41,396 nucleotides of DNA, from sequence record SRR20825010_911; one strand, given 5' to 3'. This document shows, one piece after another, positions 1 through 7,150 of the stretch (positions are counted from its first letter, which is position 1; each line of letters begins with the position of its first letter). The notes below the pieces were generated by a model. It did no database searches. It was not told the origin of the DNA and saw nothing but the letters and a program-made list of their open reading frames with translations. The position numbers were made by a program, and so were the translations under genes.

Positions 1-23
1 AACCATTAGGGAAAACCGAAGGT

Positions 24-40
24 AATCCTCCGGCTCCACT
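24..40 (+). other. tmRNA/tRNA 3'-end-like fragment (possible att-site remnant)
   Basis: AATCCTCCGGCTCCACT resembles the ...AATCCCnCCGGCTCCAC 3' end of tmRNA but has no GGTTCG T-loop upstream; it is followed directly by a terminator-like hairpin. Confidence 0.35.
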
Positions 41-43
41 TCT

Positions 44-67
44 AAAACCACCTACGACTGGTTTTTT
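44..67 (+). terminator. Intrinsic terminator-like hairpin
   Basis: AAAACCA-cctacgac-TGGTTTT followed by further T residues. Confidence 0.45.
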
Positions 68-265
68 ACTCATTATTTTATATATTAATTCTTTATCGGT
101 ATTCGTGAACCTCATAACGTCGGTTTCGTTATGCCTCCGGGATTCGAAGGCCAGCGCGCCTTCATCAAAATATACACTTTAACTTTTTCCGTGAGCTGAA
201 CCGTTTCATTTTCATCAATCGGAAAACTAGAAATAATGGTATCTTCGGAACAACAATAAGTGAAT

Positions 266-550
266 ATGTCGAACGTCAAATCTTGGTTACGAACCCTCAT
301 TGACCTTTTGGAAGTCTTTTTTAACAGCTCGCAACAAAGCAAACGAGGCAGAACTTGGCACCAGCATGTGGTGCCCTATGAGGAAGGTTGGGCCGTACGT
401 CGCGAAGGCAACCAACGTATAACCAGTAAACATCGAAAACAGAGCACGGCCATACGCAAGGCCAAAAGTTTAGCCAAAAAATACAAGGCCGATGTAATTA
501 TTCATCGAGAGAGTGGCGGTATACGAGACCGGATAAGCCATGATGATTAA
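266..550 (+). CDS. DUF2188 family protein
   Basis: QHVVPYEEGWAVRREG...QSTAIRKAKSLAKK...VIIHRESGGIRD matches the DUF2188 pattern; ATG 266 preferred over GTG 260. Confidence 0.8.
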   Translation: MSNVKSWLRTLIDLLEVFFNSSQQSKRGRTWHQHVVPYEEGWAVRREGNQRITSKHRKQSTAIRKAKSLAKKYKADVIIHRESGGIRDRISHDD

Positions 551-962
551 GAAATAAATTCAGTATAGGAAGCCATTGGGCTTTTAAAAGAAATATGATC
601 CGGGTTGTAAATAAGAGGTTTTTTTTTACACCCTTATTAAATTTTAACATTTTAAAAATTAAAATGTTCGCAAAAAGTTAGTTTGCCATTTATTGAAAAT
701 CATCAACCAGAACCCTGAAATTTTATATGATTTTCAAAATTCTTGGTCTAAAATGGTTTATCAATATTTCTCGAGTTTTTATTTGTAATTGCTTAATTCA
801 AAAGAATATAAGTAGCTCTTGATCTTCCAATTTTGTTCAGCTTTTATCCAAAAAACATTGTATTAAATTCTTATATTCGATGCTTATAATTAGATTTTAA
901 AGGAAAATCTATTACTACTTTTCTTATATCAAAACCTATAAAAAACCTAAAACTAAAACATA

Positions 963-2534
963 TTGAAACCGCTTTACACCTGCTATATCCTACTCCTTCT
1001 TATAATTACTTCCTGTCAACAAGGCAAAAATCAAAAAGCATCAAAAGAACTGCCCAAAATTGCGATTGCCGGTCTAGGAATAGAAAGCAGCACCTTTTCA
1101 CCTGCCTTAACCCATGAAGAAGCCTTTCATGCCAAAGTAGGAGATTCTATATTCGCAAAATACCCATTTCTACAAGTCGATTCGTTAAATAGAACTAGGG
1201 CGCATTGGGTGCCTACCTTGGTGGGGAAGTCTTTGCCAGGCGGGACGGTCACCCGAGAGGCTTACGAATCCCTGGTAACCAAAACTTTATACTTATTGAA
1301 GGAAAATGGTCCCTATGACGGACTATTTTTTGATATCCACGGTGCCATGAGTGTGGTTGGGTTAGATGACCCAGAAGGTGACCTAATAGAACGTATTAGG
1401 GAAGTAATCGGTACCGAGGTACTTATATCTACCTCCATGGACCTTCACGGAAACGTGTCCGAAAAATTGGCAAAACATACCGATCTGATAACCTGTTATA
1501 GAATGGCTCCACATGAGGATGCCATCCAATCCAAAAAAAGGGCGGTCACCAATCTTCTGGATCGACTTGAAAATGGAACAGGCAAGCCCCAATACAAGGC
1601 TTGGATCCCAGTACCCATATTATTACCAGGTGAAAAAACCAGTACGCGAATTGAACCTGGCAAAAGCTTATATGCAAAAGTTCCTGATATAGCCAATGAA
1701 GAAGGTGTTATTGATGCCGCTATATGGATCGGATATGCCTGGGCAGATGAACCCCGCAACCATGCCGTGGTTATGGTTACAGGCGATGATAAGGAAAAAG
1801 TTGAAAAAGGGGCAGAAACATTGGCGCAAAGCTTTTGGGATGTTCGAAATCAATTTGATTTTGTTGCCCCAACGACAACATTGGAAGAAAGTTTAAAAAT
1901 GGCACTGTCCAGCCAAAAACATCCATTTATGATCAGTGATATGGGAGACAACCCAACTGCTGGTGGTGCAGGAGACGTTACTTGGACTTTGCAACAATTG
2001 TTGGCCAGGCCGGAATTTAAATCGGACAAAGGCCCTTCCTTGATCTATGCCTCGATACCAGGCCCGGAATTTGTTGAAAAGGCCCTTGAAATAGGTGTCG
2101 GCGGAAAAATTAAGGCAACGGCAGGTGCTGCAGTGGATGACCGATTTGCAGGTCCTTTGGAACTGGAAGGGACCATAGAAGCAATCAAGTCGGGAGATGT
2201 GAACGCAGAAGTGGAGGTCGTTGTTAAAATTGGAAGTATACAGGTAATCGTTACCAAAAAAAGAAAGCCATACCATTATTTAAGCGACTTCACCAATTTA
2301 GGTTTACATCCTAAAGAAACGGACATTATTGTGGTCAAAATAGGGTACTTGGTCCCAGATCTATATGATATGCGAGGGGATTGGGTCATGGCATTGACCC
2401 CTGGTGGGGTTGACCAGGATCTAAACCGACTTGGTTACGAACGTATCAAGAGACCTATGTTTCCATTGGACAGTACTATGCCCCAACCGGATTTGAAAGC
2501 CCATTTTATTCAGGCTTCCAATGCAACCGAATAA
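963..2534 (+). CDS. M81 family metallopeptidase (MlrC-like), lipoprotein
   Basis: Lipobox LIITSC; motifs ESSTFSP, DIHGAM, MDLHGN, YRMAPHED, DMGDNPTAGG and VVKIGYL. Confidence 0.9.
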   Translation: MKPLYTCYILLLLIITSCQQGKNQKASKELPKIAIAGLGIESSTFSPALTHEEAFHAKVGDSIFAKYPFLQVDSLNRTRAHWVPTLVGKSLPGGTVTREAYESLVTKTLYLLKENGPYDGLFFDIHGAMSVVGLDDPEGDLIERIREVIGTEVLISTSMDLHGNVSEKLAKHTDLITCYRMAPHEDAIQSKKRAVTNLLDRLENGTGKPQYKAWIPVPILLPGEKTSTRIEPGKSLYAKVPDIANEEGVIDAAIWIGYAWADEPRNHAVVMVTGDDKEKVEKGAETLAQSFWDVRNQFDFVAPTTTLEESLKMALSSQKHPFMISDMGDNPTAGGAGDVTWTLQQLLARPEFKSDKGPSLIYASIPGPEFVEKALEIGVGGKIKATAGAAVDDRFAGPLELEGTIEAIKSGDVNAEVEVVVKIGSIQVIVTKKRKPYHYLSDFTNLGLHPKETDIIVVKIGYLVPDLYDMRGDWVMALTPGGVDQDLNRLGYERIKRPMFPLDSTMPQPDLKAHFIQASNATE

Positions 2535-3009
2535 TTATAGATAACCATTTTTATGGCGTTCTGAGAGGGTGCGTTTACGGAAGTAACTGAACGTTCTTTT
2601 GGTGTAACCATCCACTGCCTCCGATTTTGGGGTCATGGGATAAGTAACGGCAAAACTCTTGTACCAGTTTGCCCTATTTATGTTTACACTTAGGTCCCAG
2701 CTAATACCCTTATATGGATCTGCGGCTGAACAAAGTGACCTTATTTCCTTAAAACAGATGGCTCCTTAGTCAATCTGAGAGTTTCGAAGGTTTAAAAAAC
2801 TTCAGTAAACTTAGTAACTTTAGTTTCTAGGAATCCCTTTCTGAAAATCCACGAAAAACTCTTGAATATTATAGAACTGAAACCTATAAGGTTACCCACT
2901 AGATTTTATAGTACCATCCATACATTTTTTACAACCAATAATACAATTCCTACAAAATACTGAGAATTAAGATATACCTTAATAGTAGCTGTAGGAAAAA
3001 AAACGGCTT

Positions 3010-3372
3010 ATGAAACTTTATAGAATAGTTTTTCCGGCACTCATTCTTTTTGTAATTCCAGTGCAATGGGGCTGTGTAAGTACCCGTATAGAAGCTAGTC
3101 CATATCAGGACAGTGTTGAGAATCTGGAATGTCTTAAAGAATCCAGTTGGAGCTATTACTGGGGCTTAAAGCAAAAACGCATAGATGCCAATCCAGAGGG
3201 AGCTGGTAACGAATGCCCATGTAGGGAAGGTGCCTTATCCTGGGTGGTGGTAAAAACCTCGTTTACCGACTTCCTTCTTAGTGCCGTTACATTAGGAATT
3301 GCGAATCATAGAACGGTTACCTATGGCTGTGCCCGACCACAGCAACCTACCGAACCCAGTTTGGACAATTAA
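3010..3372 (+). CDS. Bor/Iss-like lipoprotein
   Basis: Signal peptide ending QWGC; YYWGLKQKRID...C...KTSFTDFLLSAVTLGI...TVTYGC parallels lambda Bor (FFVSGIGQKKTVD...QTFVNGLLGFITLGI...RVYC). Confidence 0.7.
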   Translation: MKLYRIVFPALILFVIPVQWGCVSTRIEASPYQDSVENLECLKESSWSYYWGLKQKRIDANPEGAGNECPCREGALSWVVVKTSFTDFLLSAVTLGIANHRTVTYGCARPQQPTEPSLDN

Positions 3373-3383
3373 AACAAACCCTT

Positions 3384-4958
3384 ATGACTCCACTAGGAAT
3401 AGACCCACTGCCCATTCAACAATGGACCAATAAGCACGAGAATTTCACTCATAATCTTGTTCCCAATACTTCTTTTAAACTATGGAATCCACCAGGCCAA
3501 AAACATCGCGAACGTTATATGGCAACCACAAAAAATTTTCAATGGCTGATTAACCATGCCATTACCAACAATCTTAAATTACGTGCCATTGGAAGTGGCT
3601 GGTCATTTACAAAAATTGGGGTTACAGAAGGCGGATTAATTGACACGGCAGGCTTGAATTTTTCATTTCCAATTACCCAAAATTATACTAGCCCACATTA
3701 CGCAAGGCAACCGGAAGACCTTTACTTTCTACAATGTGGTGCTATTATCCACGAAGTCAATTCAAGATTGTCGGCGAAAAGCCCGCAAAGGTCAATAAAG
3801 GCATCCGGAGCGAGCAACGGCCAGACCATTGCGGGTGCCCTCTCCACAGGTACTCATGGTGCGGCCATTCGGGTTGGAGCAATTCCCGATTTCGTGGTAG
3901 GGCTCCATTTGATTACAGGTGCAAACAAACACATTTGGCTCGAAAGGGCTAGTTATCCTGTGGCCTCCCAAGAGTTTGTGAATTGGTTGGATGCGGACCT
4001 AGTCCAAGATGATGCACAGTTCAATGCTGCCATTGTCAGTTTTGGTAGTTTCGGTTTCATTCATGGAATCATGATAGAAACAGAACCACAATTTTTGCTT
4101 ACCGAATACCGTGAAGGTCCTATGGCCTATGACAATACCTTAAAAAATGCCATGAAAACAATGGATTTCACTGACCTAAATCTGCCAGGTACGGGACTCA
4201 ATGGGGATATGTACCATTTTGAGGTACTATTCAATATACATGAATTTGAACCGAACAATCCTGCTAAGGGAGCCTTCGTGAAATACATGTTCAAAAAGCC
4301 ATTTCAATTACCCCACATTCCCTTACAGCGTATTAACGATTTCACCTATGGCGATGATCTTTTAGGCATCATTTCTACTGTTTTGGACAAGTTGCCGGGG
4401 TCCGGTCTATTGATTCCGGCAATGGTAAACTTGATGTTCGGACTTGCTTTTAAACCAGAACCTCCTCGCGTAGGAACGATTAGGGAAATGTTCAATTATA
4501 CCAAATTTAGAGGTAAGGTAGCGAGTGCCGCAATGGCAATAGATATACAGGATTCTCCTAAAGCTGTTGAACTCATAGTTGAAGTAAACAAGCAGAAACC
4601 TTTTCCCGGCGGACTTTCCTTGCGCTACGTAAAAGGCACTAAGGCCACTTTGGGTTTCACCAAGTTCCCCAATACATGTGTATTGGAAATGGACGGTGTG
4701 GATGGCCAACCAGCAAGGGATTTCTTCCAAACCGTATGGAATAAATTGGAACTAGAAGGAATTTCGTATACCCTACATTGGGGTAAGATCAATTTTAATT
4801 TAAATGAGGTACGGGTAAAACAAATGTATGGGAACACCTCGGTCCAATCTTGGATAGATGCCCGAAACGAATTGCTCGACACCCCTGCAATGCCTGTATT
4901 TACGAATCAGTTTATTGAGCTATGCGGGTTGGATAAAGTAAATGGGGCGATAGTATAA
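3384..4958 (+). CDS. FAD-binding oxidoreductase, VAO/aldonolactone oxidase (ALO/GULO)-like
   Basis: RAIGSGWSF, QTIAGALSTGTHG, SFGSFGFI and C-terminal HWGK motifs. Confidence 0.85.
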   Translation: MTPLGIDPLPIQQWTNKHENFTHNLVPNTSFKLWNPPGQKHRERYMATTKNFQWLINHAITNNLKLRAIGSGWSFTKIGVTEGGLIDTAGLNFSFPITQNYTSPHYARQPEDLYFLQCGAIIHEVNSRLSAKSPQRSIKASGASNGQTIAGALSTGTHGAAIRVGAIPDFVVGLHLITGANKHIWLERASYPVASQEFVNWLDADLVQDDAQFNAAIVSFGSFGFIHGIMIETEPQFLLTEYREGPMAYDNTLKNAMKTMDFTDLNLPGTGLNGDMYHFEVLFNIHEFEPNNPAKGAFVKYMFKKPFQLPHIPLQRINDFTYGDDLLGIISTVLDKLPGSGLLIPAMVNLMFGLAFKPEPPRVGTIREMFNYTKFRGKVASAAMAIDIQDSPKAVELIVEVNKQKPFPGGLSLRYVKGTKATLGFTKFPNTCVLEMDGVDGQPARDFFQTVWNKLELEGISYTLHWGKINFNLNEVRVKQMYGNTSVQSWIDARNELLDTPAMPVFTNQFIELCGLDKVNGAIV

Positions 4959-5368
4959 AAGCTGGTAGTGCCAGCAGTTTTCTTGCTGACGTAAAGTGAA
5001 ATACCAAAAAAAGCCATTTAGACTAGATTCGCTTTTCCTTTCCGGAGAAACGATTAAATCCTGGACATTTTTATGATGCCCTTTGACTCTCCCTATAAAG
5101 ATTGGGTAATAGGGAAAGAGAGAGGTTAAAACATAACTGAAGTCATAAACCTTTTTTAATATATTTAGTTTTAATCTGGCCCATTAATTCGCAAAAAACT
5201 ACCGTAAGCTTTTTTATATAAATTTATAGTGTACATCCCGTCTAAAGGGTATAAACTAACATCAAATAGTTTGCCCCAACACCAAGAATATTATTGATCT
5301 TAGCCCATCCTTAGGTATTTCAAATCTGTATTTCATTTGTGGGACATAAACCTTCTTATACATTTATA

Positions 5369-5396
5369 ACCCCTCAAGACATCCGTCCTAAGGGGT
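5369..5396 (-). terminator. Stem-loop closing the metacaspase operon
   Basis: Minus strand ACCCCTTAGGAC-GGAT-GTCTTGAGGGGT is a 12-bp stem with two G-U pairs that form only on the minus strand; 15 nt after the stop at 5412; weak U tail. Confidence 0.6.
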
Positions 5397-5411
5397 ATAT
5401 TTTATTACGGG

Positions 5412-7139
5412 TTAAGCGTAGATTCGAACCGAACCACTTTTTAAAGTCAATAAAATGAACGTAGAATCCCCTGGTTCAATTTTTCCTGATGAAGTTAAAT
5501 TTTGCTCCCTTTGAAAACGGGTAATTGCGTTTCGCGTTTTAGAGCCATAAAGTCCATCCTCTACCAAAGGGGTTGTAGGCCCACCTTCTGAAATTGGGAC
5601 TAGGTTTAATTTACTTTGGACCAACAAAACATCATTGTACTTATTCTCTCCTTGGTGACCCACGGAATCGGAGATTTGTATATAACCCTCTTGTTCGCTT
5701 TCTCCCTCAGTGGAACCTGTATTTCCTGGACTGGGGCTAGGACCATTGTCAATATCAACGGTAGCGCCTATCAAATGCATGAAAGGTGCATGCTGACCGG
5801 ACCCGGACATAGCACTTTCCGAGACCATATGATTTTCCCATTCAGTTTCATTGCTACTAGATGTTGTTCCTATTCTTATATATAATCCCTCTGAATTCTT
5901 CAATTGATTCCAAGCATGAACTGGTATAGTAAACCGGCTACTTGTTAACCTATTGCTAACGCTGTTATCATTCCAAGAAAAAAAACTGTTCTGGGCTGTT
6001 CCATTGTCACTCCAGTACGTATAGTCAAACAATTGCTCGTTATTTACTATTTCTATATAGTAATAATTATTGCTTCCCTTTACAACATTAATTACCGGTT
6101 GACCATCATTGATATTCCAACTCGCAGGTGGATTGACCGAAGGATTCTGAGGTGTAGTGGTTGTTCCGGAAGTACCACCGGTAGTGGAGCTACCTGTTGT
6201 AGTACCGGTTCCACCACTAGTGATCGCAATAGGCCAACCAGGAGCATTCACTATAAAGGGTTTGTTTTGGGAAAAAATGGAAATGTTCTTTCCCAGTGTC
6301 ATAAAATTCGGATTTTGGTCTGCCTGGTTCGATGTAACCTTTTGGGCTATATCACTGTGAAACTTATTATGGGTTCCACCAAAGCTCCCGCTATTCCAAG
6401 TTTCTTTCACCTTACTGGTAAATAAACCATTAGTTCCGTAATCATAACTGAATTCATCATCTTGACATCCAGATATAAGTATAATAGACGCAGCAGGTTC
6501 CTGAGATTTCACACCTCTGAACATATTCTGTATTTCTCTATAATGATCTAAGTTTTCGGTATAATTTTTATAACTTATACTTGCCGGCATTAGCTTAATT
6601 TTCTTGCTTACGACTGATTTCGTATCGACGATTGAAAGCACATCTTTGTCAAAATTCTTGACAATCGTACTAAATGTCGATTTTGATTTTTTAAACTTCT
6701 GACTTTGAATAATGCTCTTAAGCATTGTACCACTATTGCAGCTATCTGATAAAACAAAAACCCGTACCCCTTCATTAAAACTGAGCCATAGGTTGTATAG
6801 TTCATCATCTAGAAATTGCCTATCAAAAAAAACCCAGGATTCATCTTGACCATCTGCTTCATCCCCTGTTGAATCCGGTATGGAAGACCCATGACCAGAG
6901 TATGTCAGTAAAAAGATATCTCCGTTTTGTAAGGTTTGGGCGTTTTGACTTATCTGCTCTATAATGTTGGCCGCTGTGGCTTGGTTATTCAAAAGAATGG
7001 TGGGTACGTACCCTTGTTTTTCAGCTATTTTCGATAAATCGTTTGCGTCGTTTACGCAACCCGAAAGTGGAAGTTTGGACCCGTATACTGCTGGGTCAAC
7101 TTCATTTAATCCGATGTGTAATGAAATTGCTCGTGCCAT
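5412..7139 (-). CDS. Metacaspase (peptidase C14) + unknown middle domain + C-terminal peptidoglycan-binding domain
   Basis: LSGCVNDA, YSGHG (His83), DEADGQDE, SDSCNSG (Cys134), ISGCQD, GLFT; G/T/S-rich linker; C-terminal DVLLVQSKLN...EDGLYGSKTRNAITRFQ...SGKIEPG is PG_binding_1-like; no signal peptide. Confidence 0.9.
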   Translation of the reverse strand: MARAISLHIGLNEVDPAVYGSKLPLSGCVNDANDLSKIAEKQGYVPTILLNNQATAANIIEQISQNAQTLQNGDIFLLTYSGHGSSIPDSTGDEADGQDESWVFFDRQFLDDELYNLWLSFNEGVRVFVLSDSCNSGTMLKSIIQSQKFKKSKSTFSTIVKNFDKDVLSIVDTKSVVSKKIKLMPASISYKNYTENLDHYREIQNMFRGVKSQEPAASIILISGCQDDEFSYDYGTNGLFTSKVKETWNSGSFGGTHNKFHSDIAQKVTSNQADQNPNFMTLGKNISIFSQNKPFIVNAPGWPIAITSGGTGTTTGSSTTGGTSGTTTTPQNPSVNPPASWNINDGQPVINVVKGSNNYYYIEIVNNEQLFDYTYWSDNGTAQNSFFSWNDNSVSNRLTSSRFTIPVHAWNQLKNSEGLYIRIGTTSSSNETEWENHMVSESAMSGSGQHAPFMHLIGATVDIDNGPSPSPGNTGSTEGESEQEGYIQISDSVGHQGENKYNDVLLVQSKLNLVPISEGGPTTPLVEDGLYGSKTRNAITRFQREQNLTSSGKIEPGDSTFILLTLKSGSVRIYA

Positions 7140-7150
7140 AATATTTATTA

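Noticed and set aside
112-342. 76-aa minus-strand ORF
   Set aside because: It overlaps the DUF2188 gene and the hairpin/tRNA-like fragment and has no recognisable motifs
963-2534. Microcystin degradation (mlrC) locus
   Set aside because: The M81 family is widespread and no mlrA, mlrB or mlrD genes are nearby
6150-6222. G/T/S codon repeats as a DNA repeat element
   Set aside because: Explained by the low-complexity protein linker of the metacaspase
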